Assembly: GCA_977018835.1 (NCBI GenBank)
Contig: OZ361259.1
Location: 2,666,001-2,730,000 of the forward strand
Origin: Minutocellus sp. GHC0000111
Taxonomy: Eukaryota
Length of the DNA: 64,000 nt
Direction: 5' to 3'
The translations under genes were made by a program, and so were the position numbers. Positions 34,955-45,658 of this stretch are shown here, in pieces; position 1 is the first letter of the stretch; each line of letters opens with the position of its first letter. The notes under the pieces were generated by a model that searched no databases, was not told where the DNA came from, and was given only the letters and a program-made list of their open reading frames with translations.

Positions 34955-35437
34955 GATTATTCGTCTATTCCTTGCTTTGTCTGTGGATGAGTAGGCGAAA
35001 GATGGAGGTTTGACCGAGAGACTTCCAACCAAAGAGAATATGATGCTCGGACGGATCGTATCGAGCGGGCAAGATGAAGAGAATGAGGTGAATGTTTATG
35101 GCCTTGCGTACGTCGTGTTTATGGCATTCGGCTCGAGGTGGTATAATTTATCGAGCCTCTTCTCCAGTGTCAGTCAAAGAGTGGCATAAGTAAAGATGAG
35201 AAGGGCCAGGTGTCCAAAAGACATTTTCCCGCATGCCCCGATCCCGATACCCAGCCCCAGGCAACAAGCGGCCCCCGGAATACTGCGATCTCTCTATCTA
35301 GATCTACATGTTGTTAACAGCTATCGGTAAATTGATATCCTTACAGCCTGCTAAAAGGTCGGCCAAGCGATAACATCCATACGCTGAATATAAAAAATTA
35401 AGTACACCGTAAAACAAAAAATGCTCTCCCGTCCGCC

Positions 35438-38283
35438 TCAAGAACCACCTCCTCCGTCGTCGTCCTTCTTCTGTTGTTGCTGCTGTTGCTGCTGCTGTTC
35501 TGCGGCAGCTTCTGCAGATACCTTATCAACCAAGGACTTGATGTCCGTTTTACCCAACGCCTTCAAGTCTAATCCTTCCAGCTCGTTCGATAGTACCGAT
35601 AGATCTGTAATGTCCGACATGAGTGAAACCTTGGAATCATGAAAGCTACTTGAGCCTCTTCGACTGCTTCCGCCACCAGAATCTCTCCGGCCCGCAGGCG
35701 CCGCCAGTTTCCCTTGCTGCGCTTCCGTGTGGCCATGTCCCTCCTCAGCAATCATTTTCAGGAATGATTCCCCTGATAGAGTCATGTCTCCGTCGAGAGT
35801 AATGCCAGACATTTGCATCGACTCGGGAGCCTGAGCCCACGAGGCGTTCGACCCTGCTGGTGCTGGTGCTGGACCTTGTTGCTGCCATTCTCTTAATTGT
35901 AGCAGCTGTGGCTTTGATCCCTTGCGACGGATATTGGTAGCCTGGGCTGTAGCATCTGACTCTGACGAGAAATGAGACGTCTCTGATATCCTTCTTCTTC
36001 CATACACTGAGGGCTTAGTGCTATCCGCGTTGGAAGCAGCTGGTGCTGGTAACACGGGTGCGGAGGCGGATGCTGCAGCAGCTTGTGCCAGCGCCGCAGC
36101 CCCAACGGGAAGGGCGTCGATCGTACCCATGGTGCCTAGAGTACCCAACGTTCCAAGCGACATGAGAGATTCGTCCCCCATACTCAGGGTAGTGGCCGAC
36201 TTCATGTAGGTTGACCTATTGCCCGTATCATTGAGCGTTCCCACCATCTCCTCTCTAGCGGCCGCTGCTCCGATAGCTGCTGCACCGGAGGGAAAATTGA
36301 GAGGCACTCTACTCTCGCCGACGAGTTGTATGCTTTGGTCGTCGTCTGAATCCATTGTACGAGTTGTTCGCGAGGTGCGCATGGATTGGTCGTCAAAGAC
36401 ATCGCCCAATTGTGCGGCGGTGGGGACTGACATGGCATACTGTTCACGAGTAATGTCGGCTGTGGTCGCCTCCGCTGATGTAGAATCTTTGGCGGCGCCT
36501 TCCTTATTGGTCGCTTTATCGGGTGAGCTTAAGCCAGGCTGGGTGGGCTCGCCGCCCTCCACCTTGATGTTTTGGTCTGCTGGCGCTGCAGTGGCCGAAG
36601 CGGCCTTCTCGTTCGATTCTTCGCTTGCCTCCTCTTCCTTTTTGGTGGCTTTGCCGCCACTACTAGTAGCCTTCGGGGCATCATCATGCGACAAAGATGT
36701 CGCTTCCGCCACATCCTTCTTGTCGTCACTCTCGTCCTTCTTGTCCTTGCCATCATCCTGTCCCTCTTCCTTCTCGTTTGCTTCTTCCTCCTGCTGCTTC
36801 TTCTCCTCCAGCTCCTTGATGAACTTGATAACATCCGGCGTCCGCTCGCGGAGGCACTGGCTGGCCTTCTCCCTGGCCTTCTTGTCGCCAATGTCATTCC
36901 AAAGGCCGGAGCCGCCCAAGTTCATCAGGGCAGCAGCAGACGGGTTGCCCCCGGCCTGCATCATGAGGGCCGCCAGGGCCTGGAGCTGGTTGGCCCCGTC
37001 CGGACCTCCGGGAGCTCCGGGACCGCCGGGCTTGTCCTGCGCGAGGAACCGCCCCGGGGGGTCCTGCTCCCTCCACATCTGGACGATGTCGCGGGCCACC
37101 TGCGGCTTGTCGCGCTTGTCGGCCGTCAGGTACCGGCGCTTCTGCTCGGCCACCATCTTGCGGAAGCGGATGTTGCCCTCGTGGTTGTTGGCGCCGCCTC
37201 CGCGGCCGCACAGGACATCGTTGGGGCCGGGGACGGCAATGTTCATCAGCTGAACCTGCCCGGTTGGGTTGGTACCACCACCACCACCACCGATGCCCAT
37301 ACTGTCGATTCCTGGCATGGCAACTCCAGGCATACCAGGAGTCGCTCCTGGCATTCCTCCTGGCATACCCATTCCCGGCAGGCCCATGTTCATGCCCATG
37401 GCTCCGACACCGCCCATACTAGTACCGACCTGCTGCTGTTGCTGCTGCTGGGCCTGGAGCTGGGCCGCCATTGCCGCCGTCTGTTGCTGCTGCTGCAAAA
37501 TCAGAAGCTGCTGCTGCTGCATCTGGAGCATCTGGTGCTGCTGCAGTTGCTGCTGGACGACCTGCTGCTGCTGCGAGTCGAGGCCCGACAGGTCGACCTG
37601 CGGCTGCATGCCTCCCATGGCACCGACTCCGACGTTGCTCATGGCCGCGTTGGGCCACATCATGTTGTTGTTGTTGTTGCTGTTGCTGTTGTTGTTGGCA
37701 TTGCCATCTATTTGGTTCGGCATTTGCTGCTGCATCTGCTGCTGTGGCGACTGCATCTGCGGAGTTGTCCCCGCCGATGCCGACGCCAACGCCGACGAAG
37801 CCAGAGCCCCCCCGCTGCTGTGAGCGCTGCTGGTCGCCAGCGTCGGAGTGTGAAGGTCCTGCACCGGAAGGTTGCTACCACCCATCGCCGAGACGACTGC
37901 TGTTCCTGCGCCGCCTCCTGGTTGAGCTGCTGCTGCAACAGCTTCTGCTGCTCCTGCAGCTGGACTAGGAGGCGCTGCTGCTCCTCGAGGGGGAGGTGGG
38001 TCAGGTAGGAGGCCTGCGGAAGGTCGTTGCTCGACAGTAGATTTAGGCCGCCACCGCCGATGGCGTTGTTCATATCCGGCAGCTGATTCCCGTCGGCATA
38101 TCCTCCTCCCATGCCGGCGTTGATTTCTCCGTTGCCGCCGTTGGAAAAGTTGCTATTGTTGGGGTTCAGCGGGATGGGCTCGAATTGGCTCAGAAAGTCA
38201 TCCTCCTCCTGCTGCTGCTGCTGATCGTTGCCATCGCCACCACCGACGCCGCCGCCGTAATTGTTGTTCATCATGGCAGGCAT
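35438..38283 (-). CDS. DUF6824-domain protein with Gln/Asn/Met/Gly-rich low-complexity regions; frameshift near 37890
   Basis: PGPNDVLCGRGGGANNHEGNIRFR...DPPGRFL...WNDIGDKKAREKASQCLRE. Upstream ORF 37708..38283 supplies a Gln-rich N-terminus in another frame. Confidence 0.8.
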
Positions 38284-38822
38284 GTATGTGAATGCGACTT
38301 ATCCAATGTGATCCGATTGTGCGACGGAGAAAGGTGGAGCTATGTCTGTTCCGTCGAATCAATCGAATGGAGATTCGGCACAACAAGGGATGGCGCCGGG
38401 TAAGCAAAGATACGAGTATGCACACAACTTCTATTTGGTGCCGCGATGGTACAGTAAACAATCCGTCCTACTGCATCGATGTGAGAACGAGAGGCGACAG
38501 GCCGGGTTTGCCTCCGGCCGTTTGCCCCAGCGCAAGTGGCAAGTGTGCGTGGTATGGTGGCTTGGCAGTGCGTAGCGCAGCCCAGCTTGGGCGCGATACG
38601 AGACGGGACATGGCCAGAGGTTTCTGAAACATGACGCCAAGAAAGCATGTGGCTTAAATGTCGGCATAAATGTTCAACTTTGATCGAATCAAAAAGTAGG
38701 ATAATACCATTTTGTGAAACCCCTCTAAAATACCCAGATTAAAAAGCGCCGCTCGCTCGCGAGTGAATGATGATGATGCTGGAACCAGCGCCATCTCAGT
38801 ATTGCACTTTTTCTCTTGCACG

Positions 38823-39642
38823 ATGATATCGACCCTCTCAAAGACGATAGCTCTGCTCGGTGTTGGCATCGCTCTGCTCGTTCGGCACAACCCCTACTGA
38901 TTTGGGATATCCCAGCTTGGAACGGCGGAACGTATCGACGAGATCCTCGCACCTTATTCCCCACCCGCAGCAGCTCATCCCATCCTCGATTCCATCCTCG
39001 AACGGTATCGGGACGATGGCATCATCGGGGCCGACGACTACGACAAATACCGCAACCACTGCAGACGGGTTCTCGCCTTTGCTTCGTACTTTTACGAAGG
39101 AGGGATTGGGGCCGATGCTGCTGCTTCCAATCACGATGAGATGAAGGTGAAGAAGAAGGCACGGGATATGAACATTTATGGCATTCGCTGCAGCCTATCA
39201 CGACATTGCCCTTTGGACAGATGGGAAGCTCGACTATCTGGATCCCTCGGTGGCTGTGATGGAGAGAGACATCGAATCGGGGAGCATTGGTGATGTAATC
39301 TCTCTGTCTCCTACGGAGAAGGAAACTGCAGTTCAAATCATCTTGCAGCATCACAAGGTGACCGAGTGGTCGGCTAGATCCACAAAGATAGCCCCTGCAT
39401 CATCATCAGCAACTCCTGGCATTGAAGCCGACGCCCTTGTGGTGAATGCATTTCGAAAAGCCGACTGGGCCGATGCGACCGTGGGGTTGATACGCTGGGG
39501 TCTACCTGCCGATCTATTCGAGGCTGCATATACCAAAATCCCAGAGCAAGGCTTTCACAAGATGCTGTCGAATATGGGAGCGAGGCTGAGCCCTGATTCA
39601 TTAGTTGGGCAGCTCGACGTATTGAAAATTCTCAAGTGGTAG
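38823..39642 (+). pseudogene. Bacterial-like HD-domain (metal-dependent phosphohydrolase) protein with an N-terminal hydrophobic anchor; disrupted by TGA at 38898 and a +1 frameshift at about 39177
   Basis: Frame from ATG 38823 reads MISTLSKTIALLGVGIALLVRHNPY*FG...HPILDSILERYR...YDKYRNHCRRVLAF. It then continues in the 39178 frame as AAAYHDIALW...YLDPS...IILQHHK...FRKADWAD...GFH. Confidence 0.7.
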
Positions 39643-39739
39643 ATGCAGCTGCATCACTATAACATATTGTAATGTCTAGAGCTAGTAGAGAAGAAAGAGT
39701 GTACAATGTTTCGTCTAGGTATATACTATTCAAGAGTAT

Positions 39740-41545
39740 TTATCTTCCGGTACACCAACCCTCAGGAAGCAAAGGCAACAGCTCCTGAACGAGATCTGGC
39801 CGTTTCACGTCCAAGGGTTCCATGTCAAAGGGATCTCGGATTGCATCGTAAAGCAGAATGTGCCACGGTTCACCCTCGACGTATGGAGTGGCCGTCCTTG
39901 GAGCACCGGGACACTGCTCTGCCTTGCAGCATATGAGCTTGTAGGACGTCGTCGTTGGGTCCGAGGGCGAGGTTGGCATCTCCTTCACGACCATCCTCCA
40001 TGTGCCGTAGCCAGATGACACATGAGGCCGGCTTCTGCTGATACCGTGTCTAGTAGTTTCCTCCTCGGCCTCCGTTATACTTCCTCCTTCCTGCTGCCCG
40101 AGGATGGACCGCAAACTTGCCGTGGTCATCCCTGGCGCCAATTCGTCGACATTGGCAAAGTCCAAGAACGTTCCACCCAGATCCAAAGTGGTGACAGGTC
40201 CATCAAAGACGGCATCAGACCGTATTCCAGGCCCACTCACAAAGAGCGGGACCGACACCGATCCGTGCCAAGGCTTTCCCTTTCCGGTAGATCCGTGATC
40301 CGACAGATCATCGCCATGATCTCCGGCCACAACGATGATGGTGTTGTCCAGCTCCCCCATCTCCTTCACCTTGTTGACAATGTCCTGCATCAGTTGGTCA
40401 ATGTATTCAATCTCGGCGCCGTAGTTGCACCGTCCACCGACCTGCGGACCGACGTCGTCGACATCGTCTGGTCCCAGTTGCTGCTGAGGACACGTCACGG
40501 TCCAATGATCCGCGTCGTCCAAGTCGACCGGCGGAGGCCACGTTCGATCCATCACGCTCTTGGCCATCCTGGCCGTCGATATGATGGGATGGTGCGGTCC
40601 TGGAAAGTTCACCTGAAGGAACCAGGGTTGGCCATCGTTGCCATTGCTAGCATGGTCCTTGCGATCCAACAGATCGATCGCCACGTCCCTCACGAACTTG
40701 TCGGGGTAAACGTCCTCGTTGAACGACGACGAATCGCATCCCCCCTCCGGACCCAGCCCCTGCACACAGGCAATGTAGGCCTGACGGGCATTTATGTCCG
40801 TCCCGTTCCTCATCTGGGTGGTGGTTCCCTCCAGGAATAGCCGGTAGGGTTCATCCAAACGCTTGTCGTCCTTGTCGGTCCTGGAGTTGAGATTGCGCGT
40901 AATCTTCACCTTGCCGGCCGTGCGGATGGCGTCGCTAAATCCCAGGTCCATGGTGTCCTCGTATTCGATGGGGACGAAGGGGAATTTGCTGTCGCCCTGG
41001 TAGAGATCGTCCTTGCCGGCACTCATGACATGGTATCCCCCCTCGTCGCGCAGCAGCTTGTATATGGTGGTGGTGTCGGTCGGAAAGGTATTGACGTGGT
41101 TGGTAATCACGCCGACCTCGTCGATTTCCTTGCCAGAGGCCACGCAGGCACGGGACGGAGCGCAGAACGGCGACGGCACGTAGGCCTGGGTGAAGCGCGT
41201 GCCCCGTCGTCCCATCTCCGTTAGGAAGGGAACGCGGAGGGGGAGATGGCCGGTGGGTGTTTGCTCATGATGTCCGTCCCAGTCGAAGCGCCACTGGTCT
41301 AGAAGGAGAAAGAGGATGTTGGGACGGTTGTTGGAAGTACGAGTACTAGTAGGCGAGGAGCTGGACGACGAAGTCGAAAGCAAGCGGAAGGAAGAAGGAC
41401 CGCCGGTATTGCTCGGCGAGGAGGCGTCCGGCCCACCGAGCAGAAGGAAGAGGGCCGAGCCGGCCAGGCTGCAGATCGCCGCCGTCCGCTGCAGCCTCCT
41501 CTTTCGGCTGGTGCGATGTTGTTGTTGGGTATTATTGTTCGTCAT
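39740..41545 (-). CDS. Formylglycine-dependent (S1) sulfatase with an N-terminal signal anchor
   Basis: RPNILFLLLDQWR, PFCAPSRA (CxPxR), GKDD, FPGPHHP, GDHG, GKGKP..SVSVPL, LYDAIRDPF. Confidence 0.9.
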   Translation of the reverse strand: MTNNNTQQQHRTSRKRRLQRTAAICSLAGSALFLLLGGPDASSPSNTGGPSSFRLLSTSSSSSSPTSTRTSNNRPNILFLLLDQWRFDWDGHHEQTPTGHLPLRVPFLTEMGRRGTRFTQAYVPSPFCAPSRACVASGKEIDEVGVITNHVNTFPTDTTTIYKLLRDEGGYHVMSAGKDDLYQGDSKFPFVPIEYEDTMDLGFSDAIRTAGKVKITRNLNSRTDKDDKRLDEPYRLFLEGTTTQMRNGTDINARQAYIACVQGLGPEGGCDSSSFNEDVYPDKFVRDVAIDLLDRKDHASNGNDGQPWFLQVNFPGPHHPIISTARMAKSVMDRTWPPPVDLDDADHWTVTCPQQQLGPDDVDDVGPQVGGRCNYGAEIEYIDQLMQDIVNKVKEMGELDNTIIVVAGDHGDDLSDHGSTGKGKPWHGSVSVPLFVSGPGIRSDAVFDGPVTTLDLGGTFLDFANVDELAPGMTTASLRSILGQQEGGSITEAEEETTRHGISRSRPHVSSGYGTWRMVVKEMPTSPSDPTTTSYKLICCKAEQCPGAPRTATPYVEGEPWHILLYDAIRDPFDMEPLDVKRPDLVQELLPLLPEGWCTGR

Positions 41546-41792
41546 GGTTCTGCAGTCCCTTGCATGCAGATAGCAATAAGCTTATGGCAGCCGAGGAGGG
41601 GCCAGCGTTGGAGATCATGCTAAGCCCGGCTTATGTGCTGGAAAATGACCCCGATTTTTGGGACATCGCGAAATCGGAATGAGGGGTCTCCCCAAAACAT
41701 TTTCCAAAAAGTGAAACCGCTTCTGACTTTCGCCATAAAGCAAATTAAATCCAAACCCTGAACGAGCGAAGAGCGAAAGCCGAACTGCAACG

Positions 41793-44700
41793 ATGGCCCC
41801 ACCCCTCCAGGACGATCCGAACGGCACGGCGGACATCCATAGCGGCGCCAATGATACAGGCGTGGCAGTGAAGCAGCCGTCGGTCGCAGCGGCGTCGAAT
41901 CCGGCACGTCAAGCGTTGGATTCGCACCCATCAACCGACGGAGTTGCTGAGGATCTTTCCACCTCCTCCCCAGAGACGACGACAAACAACAACAACGGCG
42001 GCGTCAACGAGGACGGCAGCCCACGAACATCCAACCTAACGAATGTTATGGAGGCGTTCGATCTGACCTCGGGCGCATCGTCTCCTCGGCCATCGGCGGT
42101 GTCTACTAATACGTCAACCAACAACCCTGAACGAACCAAATCTTTCCGCACGACTGACGAGAATGGTGGTGGATCTATTATTACCACTCCTGACGAGGAT
42201 GGACGGGACGACGACATGTCGATATCTTCCGACTACATCCAACAAGACAACAATAGCAACAACAACCAGAATGCGGTCGAGACCAATCATTCTCTGGCTC
42301 TGGGAATTGCCGCGGCGTTCAATAACAACAAGGACAGCGGCGGCGTGACTGATAGTGGCAGTGGAACGATAGCTGCTACAAGTACCACAGCTACCACGGC
42401 AGCACCAACGAATAATCGATCGATGCTCGGAGCCCGCAAGTACTGCTGCCAGGAGGCTCTGATGAACGACGGACGGTGCAGCTGCAATGGTAGTGGTGGC
42501 AACATCGACAGACAAACTAGTACTGCCGGTGACGTCGACGCACCGGCAATTCAGCATGTAAGGGCCGGGGCCTCGGCTGACGTTTCGGCCACCAACCTTC
42601 TCTTCCCCGCGCCGACGGTCGGCGATGAATCATATGCTCCTTTTACTAGTACTGCAGCACCTGCAGCCGACACGTCAGGCGCCAACGATGCTGCCGATAA
42701 TAATGGTGGAGTGCCAAGTACCTGCGACAATGCGAACTGGCATGTTCTGGGACTTTGCTCTTGCGGACTGCAGCAACAGCCGCAGCCGCCGATGAAAAGG
42801 TCCGAGGCCAGGGCTGGAAACAATGATGGGGAAACAATGATGGGGAAACGGCTGCCACCTTGAATGTCTCTCTGTTACACTCTCCGGCAATTCCTTATTT
42901 CACGGCTGCTGCTGGTACTACCGCTGCAAGTGCTGCTGCTCCAAGTGCTACTTCCAACACCGGTAGTGCCGATGCTGGTGCCGGTGCTGGGCAGACCACG
43001 CGCACGTCATCTCTACTCGGAAGGCTCTTCCGCGGTGGTGGAGGTAGTCTATCGAATGCCGGCAGCAGTGGATCGACCAATGCTGCTCCTGCCCCAGCTG
43101 CCGCCGCCGCTGCTGCTGCTCCTGCCCCTTCGGCTTCGAATTCCAACGTTCATGTCATCCCTAATCCTCCTCCTGCACCTACTCAACAGCAGATGACGCA
43201 ACAGGCGTTGCAGCGATCGCAGATGATGCAGCGGGCGCAGCAGTATCGGCAAAGGCTTGCTGCTGGTGGCGCTCTTGGTGGTGGTACTAGCATGGGCGGC
43301 ATCGGTCAAATCATTCCGCGCAGGGCCCGAGGGTGGTTTGGTGGACGACATGGTGGTATTGGAGTTGACACTCTTTACTACCAAGCTCCAGACACCAAGT
43401 CGTTGCCTCCGGGACTTGGTCTCAACGATACCATCGATGCTGAGAATAGTATTTGTCGATCCATTTCACCACAAGAGATTGAATCGATTCTACTGACCGG
43501 CTGTGAGGAGACGTGCAAGATTTGCCTCGAGCCCATTGTCGATCCCAAAGATATTTGCAGTGACTTTTCTCCGCCGAACTCGCGCGTCGTTTGTCTTCGG
43601 AGATGCGCCCACCGCTTCCACCTTGCGTGTATCCGTCACTGAAATGTCCCGAGTGCCAAACAGCGCTCCTATCCGAGCGAGATATTGGCGACATGGTGTC
43701 AGGAAACAGTCCATCGGGTACCATGGATATTTCTTCTTGTTCATCCGTCGAAGGGCACAGTGATTGTGGCGGCAAAATGATATCTTACTCTATCCATGCT
43801 GGCGTGCAGAAGCAGTACCATCCTCACCCAGGCCAACACCACGGCGGTGCCTACCGGCAGGCCTACCTTCCCGACAACGAAGAGGGCCGCCAGCTGTTGA
43901 GCCGTCTCAAGTATGCCTTCCTTCACGGCCTCACCTTTCAGGTGGGCAAATCGCTCACCAATGGCGCAGACAACCAAGTGACGTGGGCGTCGATACATCA
44001 CAAGACGTCGCCGCGTGGTGGACCACACGGATTTCCTGATCCATCCTACTTGCAAAATTGCAATGGGGAACTCGACACCGCCGGTGTTCCTACCGCTCAA
44101 GTCTGTGCGGGATATCTCGCATCACGAAGGGCCCCAGACTTTATTCAGCGAGCGGTGCAGTCTGATCCTCTCGATCTCGGGGAAAGCCAAGTCGTTCTCT
44201 TTCACCTTATTCACGCTGAACACTGCTCCCACAATCCAACCCAGAACCATGGTGCGCAGTGTTCTATCGTCAATTGCTGTGCCGAGTTCAAAGAGTTGCG
44301 TCAGCATGTCGATGCCTGTGCGGACCCTGCCTGTACTTTCAATTACTGTCAAAAGGCAAAGAAAGTTCTCTCGCACTACCGGCTCGCTCAGTGCTCCGCT
44401 GGTTGTACCGAGTGTGGAACAGTTCGAGCCGCAGTCCAAGCCGCCACAACCCTCGGAGATGACATCGGGTCGCTCCCTGCATACAATTTAGACCAAGTCA
44501 TAAGGACGGCGTCCCACGCCAGAAGAAAATACGACGTTTCCTTCTTTTATCAAGAACCAGCATCGGATCTCTTTCTGTCGGAGTCCTTTCCTTATGATAC
44601 GCTGGTGAGACAAATCGGTCTAAACGCTCTTCTAACCTTTATACAAAGAACGGGCGTTGAGGGTTCTTCTGTGGTTCTCAATCCACATCTCACGAAAACC

Positions 44701-45459
44701 TGGTCAAAATACAAAGCCTTTGTCGAAGAGGGGGAGAAATGTGCCAGTATTGCGGACAAGCACTTTACGGTCAGGATCGTATTTCACGGCACCGCTTCTC
44801 GAAATATTGATTCAATTCTTGAGCATGGACTAGATCAACATCGTAGAGCTCGACAAGCATTTGGCCAGGGGGAATATTTTGCTTCTAATGCTGCCATGTC
44901 GTCAATTTACTGTCAAGGCGGGAATCGAATGCTCGTTTTTGCTATCATTTGTTGCGACACGGACGTCCGATCTCAGCAGAAGGACCAGGGTATCGTCGTG
45001 GTGAGTGAATCCAACCGCCAGCTACCCCTTGGCACCCTGACGTTTACGAATTTGATCATGGAAGGCCGCATGCAGGGCGATGCTTTCCAGTTCCAGCTCA
45101 ATAAATTGAAAGAAGAGCAGCAGAAGTTGGAGAAGATTGCAGGGGAGGCGAAGGAAAAGATCGTTCGTTTCATTCTTCGAGGTCAGTATGATGTTGCCTC
45201 TGAATATTACGAAAAGGCTCGCAACCGCAATGGTGGCGATCCTCCGTCGTCCTGGGCTGAGGAAGTCGCCTGCTACGTGAGAGATCACATTCGAGACTCA
45301 GAGATGGTGGAGATTTACTTTCCCCGCTTGCCTGCCAGGCCTACGCTCGCGGAGGATGTAGACATGCTCAATGTTGACAAGTGTGAAAATGAAGCCAGAG
45401 AAGCGAAACGAAAGGCCGATGAATATCTGAAGCAAAATAAGAAAAAGACAGCTGGGTAA
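41793..45459 (+). CDS. Deltex-like RING-H2 + DTC ubiquitin ligase fused to a TAZ-like Zn finger and a PARP-like ADP-ribosyltransferase domain; two frameshifts as assembled
   Basis: RING: CKIC...CAHRFHLAC / CPEC. DTC: GNSPSGTM, GVQKQYHPHPG, RQAYLPDNEEG, AFLHGLTFQVG, VTWASIHHKT..GG.HGFPDPSYL...EL. TAZ-like His/Cys cluster. ART: FHGT, FGQGEYFA, SSIY, IVVV...QLP. Confidence 0.82.
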
Positions 45460-45658
45460 AGGAGGAACTTGATTCCGATGCATGTTTCTTTGGCTGCCGT
45501 TTCCTTGGCTGCCGGAGGATTTGTGCATATTCCATGCATATCAATACACAAGATAAATAACTTAAGAAATAAGCTTACATTTTGATAGAAGCAGCACGAT
45601 CGTGAATGTTTTCTTCGTCTACACCTTTACCTCTAGCTACGTAGCAATCTATCCTTCT

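Noticed and set aside
38898..38900. Selenocysteine TGA in the HD gene
   Set aside because: It lies in a non-catalytic linker with no redox motif, no SECIS element is recognisable, and the gene has a second lesion.
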